NCBI GenBank assembly: GCA_036172245.1
Contig: JAYWIR010000049.1
Coordinates: 1,054,001 to 1,118,000 of the forward strand
Reading direction: 5' to 3'
From: Raillietiella orientalis
Lineage: Eukaryota
Length of the DNA: 64,000 nucleotides
Below, piece after piece: positions 1-11,600 of the stretch. The notes below the pieces were generated by a model that was not told the origin of the DNA, did not search any database, and worked only from the letters and a program-made list of their open reading frames with translations. Numbering within the stretch: position 1 is the stretch's first letter; every line of letters starts with the position of its first letter. A program made the position numbers and the translations under genes.

Positions 1-23
1 ATATAAAAAAACTGTTTGGAGCA

Positions 24-154
24 TAAATTTGTAAGTCTGTAAATTTGTAAATGTGTTCATGTAAAGCTTGGCATCCGCTACGGTAAACAGATTACAAATT
101 TATAGGATGACAAACTCTATAAATTTGTGAATCTGTTCATGTATAACTTGGCAT
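24..154. repeat. Short direct/inverted repeat cluster (possible MITE end)
   Basis: taaatttgtaaatgtgttcatgtaaagcttggcat (40-74) recurs as taaatttgtgaatctgttcatgtataacttggcat (120-154), with an inverted tacaaattta at 93-102. Confidence 0.55.
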
Positions 155-3100
155 TCAACACATGTTCATTGGGAAAGAACGAGAGAAGCAAAAGTAAAGC
201 ATTTCTATTTTCTGATGAACTTCAGTATTTCAATCTTTGAGTAATCTTCTCATATTTGTAGTGGAATTTTCTGTGTGAGTATATAATGGAATAAAATGCT
301 CTGAAGTCAGACACACAGTAAGTGCTGAGATGAAATGGAGTTAACAAGTCTTTTAAGAAGTCTGCATGAATTTTCAGGGCATACCATCAAAAACAAGAAT
401 CAAAATGTAAGAAAATGGTGCTATATTTGAATTTAATGATTAATGAAATCCTTGTTTTGCAAATAATGAGACATCCAGTTCACAAAACCATTCTTTTAAC
501 ACTATTAAGTAGTACTTGTTTCAGCATATTTTGCAACTCGAGGAAAAACCAAATTTCAATTATATTTCTAAAAAATACTGAAAGGTAGAATAATTATGGA
601 CAGTGAGATGCATAATAACTTTTAGCATCTACAGATCTATGAAGGTCTGCACATTTATTTTAGAAAACCATACTTTTCTGGGGATGTCTAAAAAAAATTA
701 GCCCATGAACTGGTTGCTTCAAAAAAGAATGTGAGCATGACAAAAATTCATTTGCATTGGAAGCATTTTCCACTCCAAGTTTTCTGTTTTGGCACAATCT
801 AGTTGCAAATAAAAATGGAAACCCTGCTTTGAAATTAGATGGAAAATTTACCGATCACGTTGAATGTCTGCGCATCAGTTTGTCTCCATAGGAGCTTAAC
901 TGTGGCATCTGCTTTGATTGCTCCATCACCAGCACTTCATCTGTTCAGAGATGTTCAGAGAAAAGACTTTATTTTACCTTAAAATGGCATCTGAAAGCAG
1001 GTGCTTCGAAAATGCCACCTCTATTTGCACTTTATGAATCCTTACAATCACTGAGACAAAATGAAAAGTGAAAATAAATTTCATTTAGCAGAATTTTTCA
1101 TGTGCATCTGATTGTTATCGATTTATTGTGTGAGAGCACTTCAGCTTCTTTTTTTTTCCACAGATTTTTTCGTTTTCTCCGTGCGTACATATCCTTGTCG
1201 ATGCATAATTTAATCAGGAAATTTTGTTTACATAGTTGTTTAGATAACGGCCATTTCAACGAAAGCGACTCGGAATGAAAGTGAAGTTGACTGATATAAG
1301 AACCATTTCGTGCACATGTTCACCCAAAGGAAATTTCTTTTCTAAAGTAATGATTGATGCAATAGATAATCTCGATACCTTTCACTTTTTCTACTTTATT
1401 TCGGCGTTTTTCAGCCTCCCTTTTTCATCAGTTCCCGAAATTGTATACAGGATTCGTATTTTCTCTTGAAATGATTGCGCCTTATGTTAGCTTCTGCCTC
1501 TCACTTTGCTCATTGAGAAAATGAACGAAACGTTCCACTTTCACTTTTTGAGTACATGAAAATCGCCTTCCTCTGATGTTCATTTTGGCCTTTACTTCTC
1601 TTCAATATTCATTTAGTTTTCTTCATTCTTTTGCTACCATAATCTGTTATAAAGTCATTATTAGAAACGCTTTTACCTGCCATCTTATTGATGGATCTTG
1701 GAACCTTTAAAATTCATCTTCACCATTCTGGAAACTGTGTCATAGAAGGCATTCTCAATAGGACCCAATTGACCTTTCTGTTTCGGTCAATTTACCATCT
1801 AAGTTACTCATCAAGACGTTTCTTCTGCGAACAATACGAATGTATCATTTCTTCAACTGCATGAACAGTCCTAAGGAACTTTGGTTTTGCAGCTGCTGTG
1901 TTTTCGAGGCACAAAATGCTCTTGTTTTTATAATGCTTGTGCTGAACAGTAGATATTTTTAATACCTACGAGATCATTCCTCAGTGCTTTCGTGTCTTTA
2001 GTGATTATGATTACGAAAAAGATTTTAACTATTTTATGGTCATAATCACAGTGGTTAACACTTGACTGGTACATTTGTGTCTAAGCCCATCACACCGCCA
2101 CGGTTAGGTGGTGCTCTTTTCAAGTTTTGTTAACTCATGCGTTCATTTCTTAGTTCTCCTTGAGATTATTGTATTACTTTGTTTTCTACACTTGCACTGT
2201 AACATGTATGATCATCACATATTCTTAATGCATATATGATGAGAAGCAAATTTTACTCCATTCTCTAGCAACACATCTTCGATGATTCGACGACTTTTCG
2301 AATCTTTCAAATGATTAATCATTACTCTACTTCCTGTCTCTCAAATTTCTGTATCCAATGAAAGAACAAGGACTTATGTTCACGTAAACACAGGTAGCGG
2401 AAAAAGAGAATTCACTTGAAATTCGGCTTCAGTAAGTGAAAACTGCTATTTTCACCGAGGAAGAGCTAAATGGACTTCTTCGTTTAATGCAGCTGGGACT
2501 CGAGTCTGCCAAACCATTTGAAGAGATATGATGGGAGTTGAGCGTATCTGTTGTTTATTTAGGTCTTTCACCTTTCATTGAAATAGAACAGCTCATTTTT
2601 ATTCATGGCTGCCGATTCAATACAAAAAAAAAAAAAGAGTCGAAAAGATCAATCCTCCAGGTCACTCACAGATACATGATGATTTATGGAAAGGTGCTAC
2701 TGAGATACTTGTTTATCGTTCCGTGCCGTCGCAAGAAAAATCTCAACGAAGCCCCTTGAAGGATTAGTGGATACGTATACCTCTCACTCACTGTATTTGT
2801 AATAGAGTCTATCCAGTTTTTGTTGGCGACAAATTTTTGTCAGAAATCCTTTATCAGCTTTTTTTTGGTCATCTGTATTTCAGTCAACTGAGGCACTTTC
2901 TTCCATCAAGAACCCTGGACTGTTGGTGTTCCCAGCAATCATATAAAAGTCGTTCTCCTTGCTCTCAGGGCAAAAGTTCTGTTACTATGAACCAAGGGCT
3001 GATTAATATTTCGCACCATTTCATGAGTGATGATGAGGAACTTCTTCCTGGTGGAAAGTGGCTACATGAGATTTCTGTTCAATCCCATTATTAAAACTCA

Positions 3101-5369
3101 TTGGATTTGATCTTCCACGTTCATTATGCAAACATTTCTGCAAACATGCATTTGATCTAGGACTGTAATACAGCAGGCACAGAAGCGGTTGTTGTCAGAC
3201 ATTACTATTACTGCATAAGATGCTGATTATCTGTTAACTAAGAATATACTTAACAAAATAGTACTGAGAAAGGCCAGCAGTAAAACAATCAAGGTTAGGC
3301 ACAATGTAAATTGCGGAACCGCACACCAATGAATAAACGTTCCATGTTTGAAAACAACTTTTGAAAGCCATTGCTGGAGTTCATAAAACATGTGGTCGAA
3401 AAAAAATCCTCATGCAATTTGACCTGATTTTGTTTATCTTCCATCCTTTATTCTTTATACGTGAGCAATGCTACTTTTCAATAGGAAATCCCCAACAGAG
3501 ACACTCTTCCGAGAAAAATGGTTAAAATAGATATTACACTCAGAGGAAGAATTGCCAGAACGGACCAATCTTGAAAGGAAGATTCTCTCTCAGCTAGCTG
3601 ATCCTGAGGGCTCATCATCTTACAATGAAACTGTGATCCTCACTGTAGCTATTTTTCAATTTTCTTCGATCTTTCTTCGGTGTAGTTGAGGATCCCTTAG
3701 CAAATAACTCTCCATACAATGGTTGATGTCGAGATAATCTCGGAATTGAGTCCATGAGTGCATTAAAAACAAAAGCAAGATTCTGATGATTATTTTTCAT
3801 TTATTTCTTATGTAGTTCTTTCATGGTATTTGCATTTCCAAATATGAGGTTGAAACCACAACAGGGCATCCTGGAATCCTGCGACAAAACGACGTCTCGA
3901 AGACAGCCCGACATTTTCCATCCAGCCCTAAGGAAAATTCACTACTGTTCAAATCCCGGCTGAAGTCAAAAAAAAAAAAAAAAAAAAAAAAGCACACAGC
4001 TTCGCTTCGGCTCGTAAAGCTTTTTCCAAAAACAAAAAAAAAACTAAGAGAGACGAAAGGAGGAGACTTCGATTCCATCGCATGTGGAAAATGGAATGGA
4101 ATCTCATAGTCCATTAAAGTTTTCCTCATTTCAACTGCTTGCATAAGATTACCATACGCCGAAGAACACAATCCCATGCTCGGATGGAAAGGTTTGTTTT
4201 CTAGTGGAAGTCTGATTATGTCTGCTCTCCGAGTGAGATTTGAAAACATGATCGGCCACGAAAGAAGACCTGTCGAATGATTAAACGAAATTGTTTTTTT
4301 TCCTGCAGATCACAAACGTAACCGTAAATGGCGCTGGGATGAGGTGACAGAGGAGATGGAGGCGGAAAATCCTCTTGAGAATTTGGAACCAAAGTACATG
4401 GAAAGTTTCGATTCAGGCGGCCTGTTTGAACAAGAGGCTAACGAATACAAATGACCTCTTCATAAAATATTGCTTCCGAAGAATCAGCTAAACGCAAGTT
4501 GACAGATAATGTAACCATTACCGAAAACCGAACCAGATATCTAGAATCCCGAAACAGGAGAAAACGACCGTCTCGCTTGGGAATCTGAGTCACGGTTTCC
4601 CAGTACTGCTTATCGATATGCAAGTGATATTCATGATGAAAAATCATATCACAAAGACATCCATAATGGATGTCTTTCACAGATACAAGATAGTTTTGTT
4701 GCTAGTTCGGGGAAAGGCAGAACGAATGAGACTGCGATTTTCTGGATATTAATCAAGCAGTTCTCAATTGTAGGTCACGTGTTTTTGATCATTGATTTGC
4801 TGCGCGTTTTTTTTTTTTTTTTTTTTTTGGAATTCGCAGTTATAAATTAATGTCTAAATTTCAAATTCGATTCTCTCTCATGGCTCAGTTTAATTGGACG
4901 TCACATTTTCACGAAAATGGCAAGGATTCTTCTGTTAACACATGATGTTCACATGGACAGGGATTCTTATGTGTGTTTCACTCTTATGCCACAAATCATC
5001 GTCATTCCATCGAGAACACCATCACCTATTCAAATGATCTGTCGTGTGTCGCAGTGTGATCAACTGCCGCAATGAGAGGAAGAGCCAGAATTAAAAACAG
5101 CATTGCCATCGAAGGAATAGGTTCAACTGAATCCCAAATACACATTTCTAAAGAAACAGTTCCTCTGATATTCTGTTCAAACTCATTCATATTCCTCGAG
5201 TAGAAACTCTGATGTAGGAACTGATGCTGATTTTGAGTGTGCTCTTAAGCTTCATCCATTGGCGAACCCTCAAAGTGCTTTGCAGTTTACGAACGAAGCA
5301 GTTCAGTTTGATACCAAACTGACACACGATTCCCTAAATGTAGAAGACTCTAAGAAATGGTCGGCTATC

Positions 5370-6130
5370 GAACTTTTTATCTTTTGTGATTCAGAATGAA
5401 ACACATTGAATTTCGAAACTGATGCATGCATATCGAACGAAGGCATCCGCACTTTAGTCAACTGATCGGAAGAACGAATGTGATTACGTCACGGTTCTAC
5501 ATTCGAAAGAATCCCTGAGGCTATCATTTTGCTCAAGCAAAGTGTGACCAATCCAAAAGGAAAAAAAAAAAAAAATGTGCTCGATTACACAGTGAGCACA
5601 CTGAAAGTGAATTCCTATCAACGATGTTCTCAGTTCGATGCTTTGGAGATTTATGCATTTTTGCTGGCTTCGGTCACGAGATATTTTGGAAAACTTGAAA
5701 TCTGTCAGGATGAAAAATAAGTAAAAAGTGGCATCCTCAGCATGTATAAGTAAATTGAAAATTACATCTTCACATGAATTATGCACCCGAATTTCTATTA
5801 AGGGTTGATTGCTTTACAATGCTTTCTGAATCGACACCTTTACAATTCCGTGTATCCAAATTCAGTTGTTTTGCTTCGTTTGCTCAAAGGAATAGAATGG
5901 GAATGGTTGACAAACGTCCTCAAGACACTCCTCCCATGGTGGCAAATTTATTTATGCTTTCATACTAACATGGTATTTATCATACGTCGAGCATGAACTG
6001 AAATTGGAATCCTGGAGTACATTTAGATTGTATGTATGGATTTTGGGGAAATAACTAGACTGAGCTAACAGATGGTTTTCGGTTAAACATACGAAACAGA
6101 GCCGTTTTCTTTTATTGAATGAATCGGGTA
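5370..6130 (+). pseudogene. Possible eroded double-jelly-roll major capsid protein, N-terminal half
   Basis: KH/TLNFETD at ~5400 (cf. RHTNFA.E). CDYV at ~5480 (cf. GDYL). NVLDY.VS.LKVN..FDALEIY at 5575-5655. TPLQF at 5834 (cf. IPLQFWF). VCMDFGE at 6028 (cf. YLD..ER). Short motifs only, and no C-terminal half found. Confidence 0.3.
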
Positions 6131-6852
6131 GCACGCTTTGGATCATAACGAGCATCGACATCATCTACTCGATGAGGACACGGTCCACAGTGCATCAACT
6201 CAATGATGTTGACTCGGTCACTTTATTCCTGTCTCTGTCAGTGAGTTATAAGGAAGCGAATTCTAATGACAAACGAGAGTGCAGATGATATTACATGCAA
6301 ACTCGATAATAATCTTTGAAGAAAATGATCTATTTTTTTTTTTTTTTTTTACTAACTTACATTCCATCTAGATTAGAGACTGGATTCTATCTCGTCTTCG
6401 AAAGCAGGTCCAGCATCTTCTGTGGATGTGCTTTTTTCCTAAAAGAGAATTCGTTTATTCAGGAGTACATCGGCTCTTGTGGCCTCTGAGAGATTGATAT
6501 ATTCCCATATCTTTAACATGCATTTCTCTCGTTATCGGTGAAACCTCATTTTCTCGAACAGCTTCTTCCAAACCGCGCCCATTTTCCTTCCCTCGGAGTG
6601 AAGCGGTATTTCCTCCTTGAACACACAGTTTGCGTTTCGTCGAGACCGTCTTTCCATATGCCCAGTTTTCTGTCTCTTCATGCTACGATGGCTGCAGGAC
6701 TCCTACTCTGAAGAGTCATCAGATGCCGAGGGTGAAGTTATTTCCATATTCCCCGAAAAATGGAGAAACGTGCCATCTATGCAACTTGGAAGCTCTGAGT
6801 GATGCAGACTCTGATAACGCCGCTGATTCTGTCCAATAAGTAGATTTTTTTT

Positions 6853-6899
6853 CTCTCTCTCTATCTCTCTCCCTCCCTCTTTCATGCTTTACACACACA
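6853..6899. repeat. (CT)n and (CA)n microsatellite tract
   Basis: Read directly: ctctctctctatctctctccctccctct followed by acacacaca. Confidence 0.8.
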
Positions 6900-7949
6900 T
6901 GCAAGAGCTGAATTCAAGAGCTGGCGAGAAAACAGCCAATTCTTAGCAATCAATAAGTGTAAAAATATTGATCGTTGGAATCACCGTGGTGTTTCAAGGA
7001 TTAAAAATCTTGAAACTGGCATCTGTTGTTTTGTCCGTTTGCGCATGATCGTGAACGTGTTTTGAGGAGCCCCCCCCCCCAAATCCACCAAGGCAAAATT
7101 TATCAGGGCGTCAGAATGTCATCGGCAACGTTGCTTTTGCTTCTTAACATCTGACCACAGGAAAATGTAATAAAGTCTCTCATCTGCTCGCTCCCCTCCT
7201 CTCCTCCAAACCGAGGGGGGGTTTCTTCTCAGAACCACATTTCCAAGCTTTTCGAGATCGGATGGCGCTTCATAAAGCCTTTGCTCCCGCTGCCCGATGT
7301 TCGAAGAAAGCTCCATTTCTGATGGAAGCATTTTAGCAGAAATTCATTAAGCGAGGCAGATAAAAAAAAGAAAGAAAAAAAAGGCGTCTCCAAATCAATG
7401 AGTGCAAGCCGTTTGATTGCCGTCATCTCTTAAAACGCCACTCTCTGCACATTAACGTTTGCGTTTTCCACAGAGAGGCCTTCCCTATGTTTTTGTATTG
7501 CCTCATTAATCTTAACATAGGAAACTTGTTAAGAATACATCACGGCTCAAATTGGAGCAGTAACTGTTGCTTCCTTCTTCTTCTTCTTCTTCCTCTTTCC
7601 TTTTTCATTTTTACTGGCTCTCATTTTAACATTCCTAGTCGAAATAAATCTCGTTTCTCACCAGATGCTCACTTAAACCTGGAAACCAAGATATTTACAC
7701 TAAGCCAAAGCGCGTGATTATAGATCATGATTATGGCTCGTAAAAATATTTTCTAATTTTCGTAGAAGACGAAAGGCTTCTAATGCATCAAAACAGACAC
7801 GTAACAGTGGCAGAATCATGGAAAATCTACACATGGTTCCGGAACTGTCTCGTGTCAGGAAAAAAAAAGTACTTTCAAATTTTTTGTAGCCTCTTTGCAA
7901 GAATAAATATTAGAAATCTCCAATTTTCCCTTTTCCATCTCGGGGATAT

Positions 7950-8650
7950 TCACTTAGAGGTAGAGCCAGCGAGCTCTGTGGCAGAGCTCTCACCAGCAGT
8001 TCCTAATTTTCTGTTCACGCATGCATCGTGTGCCTTACACCAGATCCATTGGAGTTAGCCCAGTGAACTCATCGGTCCCATGTCTGAAGATCTTCCGTGA
8101 CTCTCACTGCTCTGTTGCTCATTTTTATTTAAGTTTCTTCCAGAAACGGTGCTCTTTCAAACGGCAATGGAATCTATCAATCCCTCTATTTTTCAGCCTA
8201 CTAGCCAACCTGCATCCACCGAATAATCAATATGCACTGTGGTGGTAAATGACTTTTTGTTCCCCTGTCGCTTAGGAGGACTCATGAGAACACCTACTCC
8301 CCACTCAGATGACCCGAACTCTTTCTAAGGCGCACAGTTTCCAGATCGAGGTCTGTCAACAGTTTTGCTGCTCTTCGTGTTTCTATTTAAATTCATCCTT
8401 GCCAAAACTACTTACCGTCGACGTGCATGAATCCCATGCTCGTCAGGATGCTCCTGCAATTCATTTAGGGTGGCTCATTTCTCACTCAGTTTTCCCCTTC
8501 ATACTGCTATGAGAGAATTTGTGCAGCAGCCTTCAGATCCATACAAAAATATTCATGAGTTTTCCCGAGTGTGGTTTTACGTCAGGTTTTACATTTTCCC
8601 ATCGCAGAACTCATCTTCGACAGTTAGATCAAGATTGTTCCATCCATAAC
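7950..8650 (-). mobile_element. Decayed Ty3/Gypsy integrase fragment inserted in the RPB1 fossil
   Basis: Minus strand, in order: FMHVD at ~8420, KTVDR, VLLSDRGT at ~8270, NRGIDRFHCRLKE at ~8180 (cf. NG.VERFHR.LK), TGLTPMDLV*G at ~8050. Confidence 0.6.
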
Positions 8651-11600
8651 GTCCCTCATGGTTTCCTCTCTCATCACAGAAATTTAACGAACCATTTCCT
8701 ACTTAGGAGTAAGAAAAAAGTCAGTCATCGCCTGATGGTTTGGATCAGCAGTTTATCATCCAAATATCCTCCAGTGAAAATTTTCAGCTATTTTACAAAA
8801 GCTACATAAAGTTGACTGATAACACTGGAACGAATAACGTACCAGATGCTGGATCCTGCAAAAATCTGCCAGGTATTTACCTGTCCTCAGAAGCTTCGAA
8901 AGACACACACGTGGGGTAGTCATTCGTTGGGTGCAGCCCCCCTCAAAGATTTGCAGCCGTATTCGTGGATAAAGCATGTTTTGTGTTGTTTTCCCTGCTT
9001 TTCTGGAACGATCTGCCGTTCTGGAGAAAATCAGAAAAATCAATTCGCTTCGTGCTCAAAAGCCTGCAACATCAAATGCCGATCTGGATGGAAAATTCCA
9101 TGCTAGGGAATGGTCGCGTCCGCTGAGCGGATTGAAGACGCGTCGGTCGAGACGGCGTGCCTGCCGGTCCGTACGGTCCACTCAATAGCACCCTTGTTTT
9201 TGAGTTGGATTACATAGTCAGGATTGCCATTCGTTGTTCCAAACTATACGATCGAGAAATATCTAATTCTGTGATATTGCCTTGAGTGAGACATTTGTTT
9301 TGTTGGTAGCAAGCAAAACTATTCCATGGCTGGAGCGGTTCCCTTGCCTTTACCAGCCTAGTTGTCTATACCCTATGTGAGTGTCAACACTTTCAATTCT
9401 CTCTTAATGTGCAGATTCCGTTACCAACTGACTACCACGGAATGACCACAGCAGTCGCGAACGCTTATACTGTCCCGCTAACGGTTACTATGGTGAGCGG
9501 AAAGCGACTCGTCAGTCGCGTTACCATCTTCCCAAACGTGGCAGCTGCATACTTATCGCAAACGTCCCATCTCATTTCTCGAATGTTTACCGCTCTTATA
9601 AACTCAGTGCTTCCAATCTCGCATGGGAGAGAAGTTTTTCTTTTGTGTGAGTGTGTTCCAGTTAAGGGACAAAACGCAGGATTCTTGTATTGCCTGTTGT
9701 AAGATGTATTCAGTCCATGCCCATTGTCGTTTGCCGAAGGACTCACCAGAAAGCATCTGATGCATTTCGAATCGAGACTTTTCTTCGTGCTTGCTGCTAG
9801 ATGTCGAGTCCAGTTGCAGATGCGAGGTCCGGAGCATTCTTGCCCATCAAATCATACACTTACCAGACACTTGTGTGCGCGCACGCGCGCACCATCTTCG
9901 TGCTCAATACTGGTCAGTCTTGAGCACACGAAGATGGAGAAGGCTCCGCTATATCAGCAAAACACAGAGGATGATTGTTGACCTCCCCTTCTTCCTCTGC
10001 TAAGGTCCTTTTCAGTAGAAGGCTGTTGTAATCAGTAGCTTTTTTATCGAATTGGAAAGCAACATTTTCTAATTGGGAAATGCCCGTCTGGGAGATCGCA
10101 TAAAAGAGCGGGAGGGAGATGATGCGGACCTGCAGCGTTAAGTGGTTGTGAGAAGCACAGTGCTGAGTGTAGGATGAAAGCATCACTCTTGGAAGAGTGT
10201 TTCTGAGCTAAGGAGGCACCACACTGGAGTGGGAAACACGAGAGCACTTTACCCTCGTCTCTCGGATGATGCCTGTGACGGTTGGGAGGAGGGTTGCGAG
10301 ATCCGCCACGGGCTGCGCTGCCTTCGCTGCAATGCCTTGTCGACAAGGCGAACATCATGATGATGTCCGTCTTCTCAGCGTCCAGTCTTCCTGCAAGTTT
10401 GGAGGGCGTTCGAAGGTCGGAAAGTCCTTCCCGCCTCCTTCATGCCCGTTCCTTTTGGTAGATGCGACCGGCAGCCTCCGAGGGAGGATGTACTGCTCGG
10501 AGAGGAACCAGGAATCCCCTGAAGCTGACAATAGGATTGGGGGGCAGGGGTCCACGGAAGAGGAAGATGAGGAGCATCCTCGGAGAAGATTCTGTCTGCT
10601 TGAGCTGGACCTCAGGAATGAGTTGTTGGATTGGGAGTGCGGGAAGGAGAAGAATCCATCTTGGAAAGAGCAGGGAAGGGTCCGAGCGGGAAGATCAACG
10701 GCGCGCGCACACGCGCCCGGCGGCTTCTTGCAGAAGACAGGTCGAAGGAGGAAGGGTGAGAGCAAACCAGATTTGGAAGAAGATTTTCGTAAGAGGAACG
10801 AGCGGTCAGTAGGCTAGATCATACCCTGGGGGAGCGGAAGACAAACAGGAAGAAGCAGGACTCTGGTGTCGATGCACCGGACAGGAAAGAGGCAGGCGGG
10901 GACTTTCGAAAGGCAGCGAAGGCGCTAACAGATGTCTTGTAAGACAGCAGCGAGCTTCCAATGTACAAGTGGCAAGTGTTATTCTTCTCCTCCCTTTCTG
11001 AAAGACAGCAGCAGCAGCAGCTGCACTCGTTACATCAAAAGCACTTTGAGGAACTTTTCAAGGAAAGGGGCTTGCAGAGGTTCATTTCTCATCCTTTCTG
11101 GATGCCTTTCCTCCCGGAGATTCATAGGCGGGCGCCGGCGGACGTAGCGATCCTAGGAAGAGAGGATGGGGAGGAGGAGAAGGCAGGGTAGGAAGAACAG
11201 GGGAAGGACGACGCTTTCGCTACATCCTGGGGGAGGAGCTGCCTGGAAGACAGCCACCACTCCATTAAAGGCCTCGATCTCAATCTCCCGCAGCAATCCT
11301 CACTCCACCCGGTCCTCCGCGATAGCCGCACTCTCGGATGAGGTCCTCTGGGAACTAGAGAGGCGAGAAGCGACGAAGAAATGGGTTCCAGGGAACACCC
11401 TCATCGCGAGCGTCCCAAGGACGGATCGGGGAAGGACACTCCAGGTGTGCCACAAGGTCCTCCTTCAGGCGCCCCTGTCCGGATGCTGGGCTGAGAAGGG
11501 GGACTTCCCTTCCTTTTCGATCCTGCGCGACCAGTCTGGAGCGGGAGAGAAGGGAGAGCGAGTCGTTCCTAGGCAGGCGAAACCTCGGGGAACTCATGGG

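Noticed and set aside
2440..3600. Decayed piggyBac-like transposase (TEEELNGLLRL, SDDEELLP)
   Set aside because: Only two or three loose motif resemblances, too weak to call without a search.
4650..4745. RHP...DCD as baculovirus-type LEF-9
   Set aside because: The spacing is wrong, there are several stops, and nothing flanking supports it.
10404..10475. GRSKVGKS plus LVDATG as a P-loop GTPase
   Set aside because: The G1-G3 spacing is far too short, and the segment falls in register within the RPB1 motif series.
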